From IMG/VR virus record IMGVR_UViG_3300033141_001667, positions 1 to 56,815 of that record: a DNA stretch of 56,815 nt; one strand, written 5' to 3'. Below the pieces are notes generated by a model. It had not been told where the DNA came from and did not search any database. It saw only the letters and a list, made by a program, of their open reading frames with translations. Shown here piece after piece: positions 16,715 through 26,967 of the stretch. The stretch comes from a virus (Duplodnaviria; Caudoviricetes). Numbering within the stretch: the first letter of the stretch is position 1; every line of letters begins with the position of its first letter. Made by a program: the position numbers and the translations under genes.

Positions 16715-17104
16715 ATGGCTGGATCTCTTGATCTACGAACAGTAAGCCGCGAAGCGGGCGAAGACTTGAGTTCTCATCAATATTGTTTTATGTATTCAGA
16801 TACTGATAGTCAACTCTTGCATGCCACAGGAGACACTTCTGATATTATTGGTATTTTGCAAGATGATCCTGATACCGCTGGCAAGGGAGCCTTGCTCGGT
16901 TATGGTGGGATCTCAAAATTGGTCGTTGACGGCAACGCAGGCGCGATTGCCGCTGGCGATAGACTGACTTCTGACTCAGAGGGTAAAGGCGTTGTTACAA
17001 CGACCGATACAAAAACTTATGGAGCAATTGCGCTTGAGGCCAGTACTGCGGCTGGAGATATTATTCAAGTTCTCATTACTCCTATGCAAATGATCGCAGG
17101 CTAA
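16715..17104 (+). CDS. capsid cement/decoration protein (DUF2190-like)
   Basis: EAGEDLS..Y, IGILQD, AIAAGDRLTSD..GK, AIALEA..AAGDII; lies between protease and capsid. Confidence 0.85.
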   Translation: MAGSLDLRTVSREAGEDLSSHQYCFMYSDTDSQLLHATGDTSDIIGILQDDPDTAGKGALLGYGGISKLVVDGNAGAIAAGDRLTSDSEGKGVVTTTDTKTYGAIALEASTAAGDIIQVLITPMQMIAG

Positions 17105-17120
17105 GGAAAGGTGATATAGA

Positions 17121-18050
17121 ATGCTCCCAACCCATAATGATGTTCATGTAGATGGATTGCTAACCAATCTAGTTATTGGTTATAAAAATCCAGACGCTAT
17201 CTACGACCAAATCCTCCCGATTGTTAATACTTTTGGCGTGGAATCAGGTAAATATGCTATCTTCGATCAAGATGACCAGTTCCGCGACACTGCTGCGGTT
17301 ATTCCGCCCGGTGGTAATTATCCAGTTGACGGGTATCGTATTTCGAGTGATACATGGTCTACTGAAGAGATCGGTCAAGCTACTGAGCTTCCTGACCGAA
17401 CTTATAATAACGCGACTGGTGCATTTAAGAAAGCACTCAAATTGACTAAGGCTCAATTCTGCGCTAAACGTGTTGAGCTAAAACGAGAGATTGATACTGC
17501 GTCTGTAGTGTTCGCAGATTCTTGGGGAACTAACGATACGACTGCTATTGATTGGTCAGATAAAACGAACAGTAACCCCATTCAAGACATTATCGACGCT
17601 GGCTATACTATTGAATCTGCTACTGGCATGACGCCAAATGTGCTTGTGCTGGGCAACCAAGTATGGAAGGAACTTCGCAATAACCCCACTATGCTGGACT
17701 TCTTGGGATCTAATGAGCGCGCGAGCGTGAAAATTTCTGATGCGCAAGACGCATTCGATCTTCCCAAGATTCTTGTTGGCAAAACAATTAAGAATACAGC
17801 GAATGAGGGCCAAACGGCGTCCTACAGTAACGTTTGGGGAGCTGATGCAGTTCTTCTTTACGTTGATGGTTCTCCAACTCCAGATCCCTACTCTGCTAGT
17901 GCGGGATACATATTCCAGTCCGAAGGCTTGAAAATCTGGACATGGCGACCAGCTGATAGGAAGACTACCTTCTATGCGGCTACGGTCATGCAGGATATGA
18001 AGGTCTGCGCGAGTAATCTTGGTTATAGATTTGAAACAATAGTTAGTTAG
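17121..18050 (+). CDS. major capsid protein
   Basis: VHVDGLLTNL..GYKN, WSD..SNPI.DI, G..PNVLVLG..VW..L..NP motifs; position in the head module. Confidence 0.9.
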   Translation: MLPTHNDVHVDGLLTNLVIGYKNPDAIYDQILPIVNTFGVESGKYAIFDQDDQFRDTAAVIPPGGNYPVDGYRISSDTWSTEEIGQATELPDRTYNNATGAFKKALKLTKAQFCAKRVELKREIDTASVVFADSWGTNDTTAIDWSDKTNSNPIQDIIDAGYTIESATGMTPNVLVLGNQVWKELRNNPTMLDFLGSNERASVKISDAQDAFDLPKILVGKTIKNTANEGQTASYSNVWGADAVLLYVDGSPTPDPYSASAGYIFQSEGLKIWTWRPADRKTTFYAATVMQDMKVCASNLGYRFETIVS

Positions 18051-18146
18051 ATCTAAATATATTCTGGGATAGCTTCCCAGAATGCAATAGATAGCAGGGG
18101 GTGATACCCTCCAGTGGCACCCCCTGTATATCCCACAGGAGGAATA

Positions 18147-18326
18147 ATGAATGAAGAATGGTTGCATACGAGATATCTAGAGGACGAATTAAATTCTCAT
18201 AAATTGGCAAAATTAGCTAATGTATCAAGAATTACAATTTTCAGGTAACTAAGAAGGCTTTGTATTCCAGCAAGAAACTCAGGCGCAAAGCGTAATAACG
18301 TCATTTTAACTACGGGGCTTACCTGA
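18147..18326 (+). pseudogene. remnant of an HTH domain of the type found N-terminal to homing endonucleases; in-frame TAA at 18246
   Basis: GGAGG+ATG: MNEEWLHTRYLEDELNSHKLAKLANVSRITIFR*LRRLCIPAR. Confidence 0.6.
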
Positions 18327-18493
18327 AATGGGCATCCAGTATTCTAGCTTGGAAACGTATCACCCTGCTCGCCCATGAATGGGCTGAGTAAAGGAAGGGC
18401 CGGGGTCTACTGTACTCCCCCGCAGAGCCCCGGCCAGCAAAACCCTGTCATCACATAGCGTGGCGGCAATGGAAGACCTCTAAGGAGGTAATA

Positions 18494-20179
18494 ATGGCTA
18501 GAGGAAGACGACGCGCAAGCGCAAAATATCAACCAGTTCAATTAAGAGATGATGCTCCCGTTCAATTTGGTGGCGTGGCAAAACTTGAATGGGATTCTTC
18601 AGATCCGAATGCCAATCTGCTTTTAGTAGATTTCCCAACTGGCGGTGCAACTGATGTCCCAGTTATGTTGCTCGCTACTGCTGGATCAGATTACGGATAT
18701 CTGAATGGAACAACGCAGCCCACGCTAGCAATTGAAGATGCAGATCAAGACAGTTACGCTGCTTTAAGTTTCAGCAGTGACGATGTTGCCAGCCTAACAG
18801 TTGGTGGTGGTTGTTCTACAATGGGCATCACTGCCGCGACAACTAATATCGCTGCTTCTACATTGGCAACAATTTATGGTGCTGCCACCCAAATCGGTTT
18901 TGATTCTGGCGCATATATGAAGATTGCCGTTACAGATACAACTGGCGCGGTTGCAATTACTCATGCAGGATCAGGTAAAGCAGTCACCTGGACCACTACA
19001 GGCGGATTTAGTTTTGTTGGTGATACTGCTATTACTGGAACACTTGGTTGTTCTGGAACGCTCTCTGTTGGACTTGATGCTACAGCAGGAACGCTTGAAT
19101 TATATCCAGCTACAACTAATAGTGGTACAACCACGTTAACTATGGAAGATAATAGTGGCGATACGATTACTAACATTAACGTCGCCACTCAGAGTGGCGC
19201 GAGAACGTATACCATTCCTGATGCTGGTGCAAGTGCAGACTTTCTAATGACCGATTCTTACAAGACTTGGTGGAGTTTTGCCGTTGGTCTTGCCGGTGAA
19301 GATACTGATGGCCTGTTTACTAACTCTGGTGGTATGGCTGGTGGCGTTCCTGATAGCACAACAAATCAATATAATGATGGCGGTGGGACCGTATACGTGA
19401 AGGTATACGATTTGACATCGACTACATGGGATGATCTTAGTACATCAGCTCTCCTTTCTGGTGGCGTTGATTGGACGAACAACTATCAGTTGCTTCCAGA
19501 TGCAGACGCAGAGGAGGCCGGAGACGCATTTGCAATCGGATTCGATAGCAAATTCTGTGAATTCGGTTTCAATGACCTCGCTTCTGGCGCAGGTGCCTTA
19601 GCAACATGGGGTGGCGATGGTGGAAAGTGGCAATATAGCACTGGGGCCGATACGTGGTCTGACATAACAACAATTTTTGATAATACTGATTCGGTAGCGC
19701 AAGATGGTTTACAGTCCTTAACAAGAGTTGGAACGATTAGTTTTGCACCGCCTTCTGACTGGGTTATGGCAACATATGATGGGCAAGAAGCGTATTGGGT
19801 GCAGTATGTACTCACAGGCGCGCAGCTTACCCAAACCCCACTGATTGATTCTGTTGCTAAGGATGAGCCATTTATCATTGTTGCTGGCTCTGATTCGTTT
19901 AGTGCTCCGTTCAAAGCGACAATTGGAAAAATCCGAATGACAGACATGGGCGACACAGTTCATGACCAAGCCATTCAATTTGTAGTCGGAAACTTCACTA
20001 CTGGTGTCTTTACAGAAGAGTTTACATGGACAGCTTCTCAGTATAACGATACATTCACTCCGAGTACTCCTCTGGCTGTTGCCGCAGATGACGTTATTGG
20101 AATTTGTATCACTGACGATGGTGGCTCTACTGTAAACCCAGTAATCTACGCTGAGTTTGAAGCAACTTACCTTAATTAA
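18494..20179 (+). CDS. virion structural protein (head fibre/decoration-like)
   Basis: 561 aa, G/T/A/D-rich beta-type sequence after the capsid gene; AAGGAGG RBS. Confidence 0.7.
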   Translation: MARGRRRASAKYQPVQLRDDAPVQFGGVAKLEWDSSDPNANLLLVDFPTGGATDVPVMLLATAGSDYGYLNGTTQPTLAIEDADQDSYAALSFSSDDVASLTVGGGCSTMGITAATTNIAASTLATIYGAATQIGFDSGAYMKIAVTDTTGAVAITHAGSGKAVTWTTTGGFSFVGDTAITGTLGCSGTLSVGLDATAGTLELYPATTNSGTTTLTMEDNSGDTITNINVATQSGARTYTIPDAGASADFLMTDSYKTWWSFAVGLAGEDTDGLFTNSGGMAGGVPDSTTNQYNDGGGTVYVKVYDLTSTTWDDLSTSALLSGGVDWTNNYQLLPDADAEEAGDAFAIGFDSKFCEFGFNDLASGAGALATWGGDGGKWQYSTGADTWSDITTIFDNTDSVAQDGLQSLTRVGTISFAPPSDWVMATYDGQEAYWVQYVLTGAQLTQTPLIDSVAKDEPFIIVAGSDSFSAPFKATIGKIRMTDMGDTVHDQAIQFVVGNFTTGVFTEEFTWTASQYNDTFTPSTPLAVAADDVIGICITDDGGSTVNPVIYAEFEATYLN

Positions 20180-20187
20180 CGATTAAC

Positions 20188-20217
20188 GGGCGGGGTTTAA
20201 TCACCCCGCCCTCTTTT
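20188..20217 (+). terminator. intrinsic terminator
   Basis: GGGCGGGG-TTTAATCA-CCCCGCCC-TCTTTT. Confidence 0.75.
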
Positions 20218-20233
20218 AATAGGAGAGTGTCTT

Positions 20234-20629
20234 ATGGCAGACACAGCAATTATTGGGAGCGTAGCCGAAAGTACTATTACTGCGCAACAAGTACAGATTC
20301 CAGCATATATTACGGGAACATATGCTGCCGATGACACCGATTATCATACAATGGTTGTTGATGCTAGGGGTAAACCTAAGTTAACCTATGGCGCGTTCAA
20401 TGCTTCCAATAAAGACGTTGTAATCACGCTGTATGGTAGCCCATCAGCAACAGCGGCAGTTGGAGATACGGGAGTATTTCTTATAGGAACCTCTATTACA
20501 GCAACAGCCACTAGCAATAAATATGATACGACCGATGATGGATTCCCATTTTATCTCATTCGCTGTAAACAGGCTGCAACACCTAATGGTGAAACAATCA
20601 CTGTTTATGCCTATCTAACGCCGTTCTAG
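20234..20629 (+). CDS. small virion structural protein
   Basis: 131 aa, T/A-rich, AGGAG RBS. Confidence 0.65.
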   Translation: MADTAIIGSVAESTITAQQVQIPAYITGTYAADDTDYHTMVVDARGKPKLTYGAFNASNKDVVITLYGSPSATAAVGDTGVFLIGTSITATATSNKYDTTDDGFPFYLIRCKQAATPNGETITVYAYLTPF

Positions 20630-20635
20630 GAAAAT

Positions 20636-22012
20636 ATGCAAGGTAAAAGAAATGCAAATCTTCAATATTTAATGCAGGATGCCGATACATCTTTATTGCA
20701 AGTTATTGATGAATCTGTATTGGCTCAACTTCTAGCTATTGGTGGAGATGTATCTAACTATAATACAACAACTGATTCACTCGAAGCTATATCAGATGTG
20801 ATAGAATCTATATCTGAAATAGAACGAGAACATGCTATAATTTCTAATGGCGTAACATACTGCGTTGATGCGGCACAATCTGATGATACCGGTGATGGGC
20901 TAACTCCTGCGACTGCGAAGAAATCAATAGGAGCTGCAATTACTACGGCGGCTGCTGGAGACACGATTCTAGTCAAAGCCGGGACGTATACTGAGAATGT
21001 AGTAATGAGTAAAGATTCGATGGCATTGATATGCGAACCAGGCGTAATCATTGCTGGTGATTCGGGAACACCACTTACAGTCTCAGGTGATTACTGTATT
21101 GTTCGTAGTCAGGGCGGAGCATTGCGCCTTAACCCAATATCTACTGGAACGGGCGCGGTAATCTCTGGCACTTGGGCTTATATTCGGAATTGCCGTGTGC
21201 CCTGTGGGCACAGCGCCAACCTGGGATTCGATATCACTGGCGCAGGGTCAGTGCTAATTGATTGTCGATCTAGCGATCCGCTTGTTGCTGCATTTAAGAT
21301 TCAAGCCGATACGGTTAAGCTGAAAAAGTGCTGCACTGGTGGTACACCCGCTGATACAAGCATCGGATATTGGGTAACGAATAATGCTGATAAGACACGA
21401 TTTAGAAAGTGTTCAAGCCAAGGCCATGCAAGCGGTGGCTATGTTATTGATGCCGGATGCACGAATGGCACGGCCATTGACTGTGTAAGTGGCGGCGGCG
21501 ATGGTGCAAAAATTGATGCGGATGATTCTTTCGTATGGAGTAATTATACATACGATAACATAGTGTATAAAGATATTGAGTTTACTGATAATAGTACTGC
21601 ATTCAATCTTTTTAAAGTAACAGATATTGTTAAGATTGATCGTATTTTCGGGCATGTTACGGAGGCATTGAACGCAGAACTTGGAAATTGCAAACTGGAA
21701 GTAGTGGCTGGTGGGAATACAACCAATCTTACAACAACCGTTTCTCTTAATTCTCTTCCAGCCGGTTCATTTATCGGAAAGGTATCAGACGCCAGTGATG
21801 CTATGGTCGCTCGAACCTCCGCAACTCCACAAGTCATCGAGAATACAAGCTATAAAGAACCTGAGGTTGCTTCTATTATTGTGCCAGAGGCAGGGACAGA
21901 TACATATATTAGATTATTAAGCGACGATAGTGCTGGCATAAAAGACGGCAAAATTCACTGGCACTGTTACTGGAGCCCTGTCGGTAATAGTGGTTTTGTT
22001 CAATCGGCATAG
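20636..22012 (+). CDS. parallel beta-helix (pectin-lyase-like) virion protein
   Basis: DDTGDGLTPATAKKSIGAAI...AGDTILVKAGTYTENV followed by beta-helix repeats. Confidence 0.75.
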   Translation: MQGKRNANLQYLMQDADTSLLQVIDESVLAQLLAIGGDVSNYNTTTDSLEAISDVIESISEIEREHAIISNGVTYCVDAAQSDDTGDGLTPATAKKSIGAAITTAAAGDTILVKAGTYTENVVMSKDSMALICEPGVIIAGDSGTPLTVSGDYCIVRSQGGALRLNPISTGTGAVISGTWAYIRNCRVPCGHSANLGFDITGAGSVLIDCRSSDPLVAAFKIQADTVKLKKCCTGGTPADTSIGYWVTNNADKTRFRKCSSQGHASGGYVIDAGCTNGTAIDCVSGGGDGAKIDADDSFVWSNYTYDNIVYKDIEFTDNSTAFNLFKVTDIVKIDRIFGHVTEALNAELGNCKLEVVAGGNTTNLTTTVSLNSLPAGSFIGKVSDASDAMVARTSATPQVIENTSYKEPEVASIIVPEAGTDTYIRLLSDDSAGIKDGKIHWHCYWSPVGNSGFVQSA

Positions 22013-22020
22013 GAATAAAT

Positions 22021-22052
22021 AGCTGGACCGCAGCACCAATTTTGTGTATAAT
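22021..22052 (+). promoter_or_regulatory. conserved phage promoter, copy 3
   Basis: agcTGGACCgcagcaccaattttgtgTATAAT. Confidence 0.65.
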
Positions 22053-22112
22053 CAGTATAACAAAAATTTAGTTTCACCAATAGCGTTCACCCAATAGGAG
22101 GGGGAATATAAT

Positions 22113-22607
22113 ATGTTAGAAAAACTTCATCTCATAGATAGATTCATTCTGCTTTCCATGATCCCGGCGAAGGGCAATTGGGCACAAAATAAGGTTTGGG
22201 AAGATTGCCGAACTAAGTTAGAATTTACTACTGACGAAATTATCAAATACGGTCTCCAGATTACTCAAAGCGGACTTCAATGGAGGCAGGTTATTGATCC
22301 TGAATTTGATGAAGAAGGGAAGTATATTGAAGGTACTGGGACTGCAGTAAACTTGCTACAGCGCGTTGATGAGCCAATTGATAATCCTCTCTCGGAGAAA
22401 GAAATGAAGATTTGCCAATTTGCAAAAACTCTCAAGAAACTTGCGAGAGATGGTGAGCTTATGGGAGTGCAAATTAATCTCTATGAGGAATTTGTCGGAC
22501 CCGCTCCACTTGATATTGATTTTCTTGCCGCCGAAGCAGAAAAAGCAGAAATAAAGGAAGACGAAGAGTGGGAGGCCGAGCAGTCCAAGGATGATGATGA
22601 GGAATAG
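22113..22607 (+). CDS. conserved phage hypothetical protein with an acidic tail
   Basis: AGGAGGGGG RBS; LIDRFILLSMIPAKGN...LEFTTDEI. Confidence 0.7.
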   Translation: MLEKLHLIDRFILLSMIPAKGNWAQNKVWEDCRTKLEFTTDEIIKYGLQITQSGLQWRQVIDPEFDEEGKYIEGTGTAVNLLQRVDEPIDNPLSEKEMKICQFAKTLKKLARDGELMGVQINLYEEFVGPAPLDIDFLAAEAEKAEIKEDEEWEAEQSKDDDEE

Positions 22608-22768
22608 TTGTCGAGTATAAAACCAGGAAGCAATAGTGACAAAATCATAGATCTTGCTGGAATGCGTTTCAGGCACTTTGTTGTATAAGCTTAATCCAAA
22701 TATCAGCCTTGGTGTATAATTGTTGGAAAATCCGGCAGATAGAAGATGATTACTAATGAGGAGATGTG

Positions 22769-23221
22769 ATGGCATTTGTAACTGAAGAAATGGTTGAGGC
22801 TGAACTTAGTTATCTTATAACAACTTCTACTCAGCCAACTACAGCAGAGGTTTTGACTTTCATTACTCAGATTGAGGCTGCTGTAAAAGGAATCCTCCAT
22901 TCACTTAAAATTAATCCAGATTCAATTACTCTTGCTGACACTCCGGACGCTTATAACAACGTCAGTATGTGGGCTTTATGGGGCGTATGCAGTCGCGTTA
23001 TAGCTGCTGCTGGAGGGCTTATTAGGGCACAGCCACAGAAGGAGCAAAATTATTGGGATCGCTTCCAGCAATTTGCAGAAAATCTTAAAGAAGATCCCAA
23101 CTCACTTGCGAATGACGTTCCATTCTACGCTTCTGATTCCAATATGGTCTGGCCCGCTGGAATTACAGATAGCCACGATGACTATTATTCGCCTGAGTTC
23201 ACCATGGACGAGGAATGGTAA
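22769..23221 (+). CDS. head-tail adaptor (putative)
   Basis: MAFVTEEMVEA..., TQPTTAEV..FI; first neck gene. Confidence 0.65.
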   Translation: MAFVTEEMVEAELSYLITTSTQPTTAEVLTFITQIEAAVKGILHSLKINPDSITLADTPDAYNNVSMWALWGVCSRVIAAAGGLIRAQPQKEQNYWDRFQQFAENLKEDPNSLANDVPFYASDSNMVWPAGITDSHDDYYSPEFTMDEEW

Positions 23222-23225
23222 TTGA

Positions 23226-23747
23226 ATGTTCACAATCGAACTCGTCGGGGCTCAAAAAGTAATTAGCTTCATTGACGGGATGATTTCCCGTATTTTAGAT
23301 TTATCTCCAGCATGGGAACGAATACACGAAGATTTTATTGAAACAGAATTAGAGCTATTCGCATCAGAAGGGGCAAGTGGTGCGGATGGCTCATGGGATG
23401 GATGGACAGACAGTTATGCTGACTGGCGTGAAGCAAATTATCCATGGGCCCCTGAGAATATAATGATCCTAGAGGGCGGTTTGCTTGATTCTTTAACTGG
23501 TGGTTCTGAACATATTGCCAGAATGGGCCCACAAGAAGCCGCATTCGGCTCAAGTTTGCTTACTGAGAGCGGTTATAGATTAGGGGCCATCCATTTTGAA
23601 GGATTTTCTGTAAAATATCCTTACGGTAACACAGGGGCACGATCAGTAGATGTTCCAGCTAGGAAAACAATTGATCCAACTGATGAAGATATTGATAGAT
23701 GGACTGAGATGGTAGCAACTCATATTTTTGGGAGCGCAACAACCTAA
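23226..23747 (+). CDS. neck/tail completion protein (virion morphogenesis family)
   Basis: DLSPAW.RI...LFASEG....W..., G.L.DSL, AIHFEG...VPARK. Confidence 0.75.
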   Translation: MFTIELVGAQKVISFIDGMISRILDLSPAWERIHEDFIETELELFASEGASGADGSWDGWTDSYADWREANYPWAPENIMILEGGLLDSLTGGSEHIARMGPQEAAFGSSLLTESGYRLGAIHFEGFSVKYPYGNTGARSVDVPARKTIDPTDEDIDRWTEMVATHIFGSATT

Positions 23748-24256
23748 TGATTGAAGAAGTACAAGATAAAATAGTCGATCTACTTACAGCGGGAATGGCT
23801 ACTAATTTAGCTGCGCTAGCATCACCAAGTGGCGGAGAGGCTATTACCCTCACCGCTCCAAATAAGTATGTTATAAATTATGATCCAAAGACTTGTATTC
23901 TTCCTCAAAATATGTTCCCGGTGTGCCTTATGCTCCCAGAAGGATCTACACAGAATCATATGCTTGGAAGTGGTCTTACTACTTATTGGCAACATAAGAT
24001 AAGAATAGTATTCATGCTGCAACAAGTATCGACAAAGGCTGATGCGTTAACTGCTTGTGAAACACTTCAAAGACAACGATCAAGATATGCAGAGGCGGCA
24101 CTAAAAACATTATGGGAAGGGCAACAAACACCCCCCATTTATCAAGTAGAATTAGACCAAATTAGATATAGTAAAACTCTTGGCAATGATGAACAGACAA
24201 GATTCGTTAGTAGTGTATGGCTGTTCGTAACTGTCCTTGAGAAGGAAACCTTATAG
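23747..24256 (+). CDS. tail terminator (putative)
   Basis: Position before the tail tube; MFPVCLMLPEGS pattern. Confidence 0.55.
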   Translation: MIEEVQDKIVDLLTAGMATNLAALASPSGGEAITLTAPNKYVINYDPKTCILPQNMFPVCLMLPEGSTQNHMLGSGLTTYWQHKIRIVFMLQQVSTKADALTACETLQRQRSRYAEAALKTLWEGQQTPPIYQVELDQIRYSKTLGNDEQTRFVSSVWLFVTVLEKETL

Positions 24257-24265
24257 GAGGACGAT

Positions 24266-24484
24266 ATGCCGGTTTACTCAAACAATGCAGATTCTTCCAA
24301 ACAGCCAAAACCAGTTACGAAGCCTGTCGCTCATAAACCAGTTTCCCAAAAACCAACTGGAAAGAAGGCTGTAGCTAAGAAACCAGCGAAAGGAAAGCCT
24401 GCGGCCAAACCTAAAGAAGAGAAAAAGATAACACCAACCCCAGAGAAAGAAAAGATTGAGGAGGCTGGCGCAGATGCTAGTTAA
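24266..24484 (+). CDS. small Lys/Pro-rich protein
   Basis: AGGAGG RBS; KP repeats. Confidence 0.6.
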   Translation: MPVYSNNADSSKQPKPVTKPVAHKPVSQKPTGKKAVAKKPAKGKPAAKPKEEKKITPTPEKEKIEEAGADAS

Positions 24485-25397
24485 AAATAAACTGATCCTG
24501 GCTAAAATTGAGGCATCGTATGCAGCGTCTACAACCCCAGATACGAGCAATGATTTCATTGCATGTCACAATATCTCGGTCTCGCCGGATATTACATATA
24601 ACGAAACGCTAGCTACCGATGTATCACTATCGCCAAGAGCTGGAACGCTTGGACAAAAGTCAGTCACAATTACATTCGATCATCAGCTTCAGATGAATCC
24701 GACTACCGAGGAGGAGCCACCCATTGAGCCATTGCTTCTATCATGCGGATATACAGATGAAGCAAGTGCTGGTGTCTATCTACCTCGAACAACTGGCTTC
24801 CAATCTTGCACTATATGGGTGTATGAAGAAGATATCGTTTGGAAGATTGTCGGATGTCGTGGTAATGCAGTATTTAACTTCAATGCCGGTATGCCGGTCG
24901 TTGTGTCATTCACAATGCAGGGACGATATGCAAAGCCAATTGACACTACATTCCCGACAAGCGTTACTGACAATGGTAGTGAGCCTGTTGTGGCGATGAA
25001 CCAATCATTCGTCTATGATTCTAAAAATCCAGTAGTTGAAAGCTTGTCATTTAGTCTAAACAATGTGCTGGCTGTACAACCAAATATGGATGATGCGGTT
25101 GCTCATGGTGTTCAAGAAATTGTTATTACTGATAGGAATCCGACTGGATCATTTAATCCTGAATTAGTAAAGGCTTCAACTACGCCTGACTACTGGACAA
25201 TCCTTGAGGCGGTTACACAGAAAGAACTAACCTATGTTGTTAGTAATGCCGCTTCTGACACGCTTACCGTATCATTACCAGCGATTGAGCTGATGAATAT
25301 TACTCCAGGCGATCAAAGCGGAGTACTCATTTACGATATCCCATTCCAGTGTGTTAGAAGCTCTGGCGATGACGAAATCTCACTAACGTTCGCGTAA
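24474..25397 (+). CDS. tail tube protein 1
   Basis: ILAKIEASY...P, LLLSCG, GCRGN, LNN, ITDRNPTGSFNPE, GDQSGV, DDEISL; GAGGAGG RBS before ATG 24474. Confidence 0.8.
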   Translation: MLVKNKLILAKIEASYAASTTPDTSNDFIACHNISVSPDITYNETLATDVSLSPRAGTLGQKSVTITFDHQLQMNPTTEEEPPIEPLLLSCGYTDEASAGVYLPRTTGFQSCTIWVYEEDIVWKIVGCRGNAVFNFNAGMPVVVSFTMQGRYAKPIDTTFPTSVTDNGSEPVVAMNQSFVYDSKNPVVESLSFSLNNVLAVQPNMDDAVAHGVQEIVITDRNPTGSFNPELVKASTTPDYWTILEAVTQKELTYVVSNAASDTLTVSLPAIELMNITPGDQSGVLIYDIPFQCVRSSGDDEISLTFA

Positions 25398-25406
25398 GGA
25401 GGGGCG

Positions 25407-26846
25407 ATGCTAACCCAGAATCAATTAATCTATACTAAAATTGAAGCAGTTCAGGGAACTGATCCCACTCCTACTACAGGCGATTTCCTCGCCGTTCACG
25501 ACTTAAGCATTACTCCTAACATCAGTTATATTTCCCCACAAGCACAAGATGAATCGCTATCTCCAAGGCCCGGTGTTCTTGGGCTGAAGACAATGGATAT
25601 TTCTTTTACCCATGAAATCCAAGTCAATGACTCTGCACAGACAGTTCCTCCGTGTGATGCATTGTTACAGGCATGTGGCTTTGACGATAAGGAAGGCGAT
25701 TCAGCTGTTGACGGGAAGTATTATCCAGCCTCAATTCCTGCCTTGAAATGCACTAAGGTTCCCTTTGACCAAGGTTCTGGAACTGTTGCTGTTGGTGACA
25801 CTGTTGTTGGAGAAGATTCTGGCGCGTCTGGAATTTGTCATTCTATTGCACTTACATCCGGTACGTGGGGCGTTGATGCTGCGGGCTGGTTGTATATCTC
25901 AGACATTATTAGAACACCCGGCGCGGCTGATCAGACTACTGGCTCTGGCCTTAGCGATCTCACTATGGGCGGGACATATACCGGTAATGCCAACACTACA
26001 TTCTTGATTAACTGTGATCTTGCAGATACTACCGATACATTCAAATGGCGTCAAGATGGTGGTTCGTGGACAGAAGGCGTTGCGATGACTGGCGCTGCTC
26101 AAACTCTTGCTGATGGTGTTACGGTTACATTTGGTGCCACTACAGGCCATACACTTAATGATGAGTGGACAATTACTTGTAATGATACTTACGAGGACAA
26201 TGAGAATCTCACAGTGAGCGGGACTGAGTGCATCGTCGATGGAGAGCAGATTGTTCCGGCCTGTACTATTTGGGCTTTTTACGAAGACACTGTGTTTAAA
26301 CTCAATGGCTGCAAAGGGAATGCCGTCTTTAATTTAGTCGCAGGACAGATTGCCAGTATTACATTTAATCTGACTGGTGAATATATCAAGTCAGAGGATA
26401 CAACTTTCCCAACAAGTGTTACCGACGATGGCGGAGCCCCACTTGTTACAATGAATAACACATTTACGTGGGGCGATTCGTATCCTTGTGTTGAGTCTAT
26501 GAGTTTTAGTTTGAACAATACTATTTCAGTTCCAACTTGTTTATCTAAAACACATGCTGCGGCGGATGTCCAAATTACTGGTAGGGCTCCCGAAGTTTCA
26601 TGGAATCCTATGATGACAGTTGCAACAGATATTGATCACTGGACTCCGTTTGAAGCGGTAACGCAGTCTAGCATTTCATATGAATTAACAAATTCTACTG
26701 TTGATTTTACAATAAATATTCCAAAAATTGCCATCAAGAATATTCAGGAAGGTGAAAATAACGGGATATTAACATATGAAATTACGGGACACCCAATTAG
26801 AACAACTGCCGACGATGAACTATTTATTCAGTTCTCCGCGACATAG
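25407..26846 (+). CDS. tail tube protein 2 (paralogue with a ~170 aa insertion)
   Basis: Colinear with tube 1 at both ends (KIEA, SLSPRPG.LG, LLQACG, GCKGN, FPTSVTD, VESMSFSLNN, DDEL). Confidence 0.8.
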   Translation: MLTQNQLIYTKIEAVQGTDPTPTTGDFLAVHDLSITPNISYISPQAQDESLSPRPGVLGLKTMDISFTHEIQVNDSAQTVPPCDALLQACGFDDKEGDSAVDGKYYPASIPALKCTKVPFDQGSGTVAVGDTVVGEDSGASGICHSIALTSGTWGVDAAGWLYISDIIRTPGAADQTTGSGLSDLTMGGTYTGNANTTFLINCDLADTTDTFKWRQDGGSWTEGVAMTGAAQTLADGVTVTFGATTGHTLNDEWTITCNDTYEDNENLTVSGTECIVDGEQIVPACTIWAFYEDTVFKLNGCKGNAVFNLVAGQIASITFNLTGEYIKSEDTTFPTSVTDDGGAPLVTMNNTFTWGDSYPCVESMSFSLNNTISVPTCLSKTHAAADVQITGRAPEVSWNPMMTVATDIDHWTPFEAVTQSSISYELTNSTVDFTINIPKIAIKNIQEGENNGILTYEITGHPIRTTADDELFIQFSAT

Positions 26847-26883
26847 ACTTGATTTTAAGTATCTAAATATCAACTTTTACAAC

Positions 26884-26913
26884 AAACCCCAGCATCCATC
26901 CGGGCTGGGGTTT
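26884..26913 (+). terminator. intrinsic terminator-like hairpin
   Basis: AAACCCCAGC-N10-GCTGGGGTTT. Confidence 0.65.
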
Positions 26914-26935
26914 GTCCCTATAAGTTTATCTGCTA

Positions 26936-26964
26936 TTGACATTTGCTATCTAATGTAGTATAAT
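26936..26964 (+). promoter_or_regulatory. consensus sigma70 promoter TTGACA-N17-TATAAT
   Basis: Perfect consensus hexamers. Confidence 0.8.
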
Positions 26965-26967
26965 ATA

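Noticed and set aside
17556-18167. Long antisense ORFs over structural genes (also 6372..6959, 15317..15745, 42112..42633)
   Set aside because: Shadow frames of well-supported genes, without RBS or recognisable motifs.
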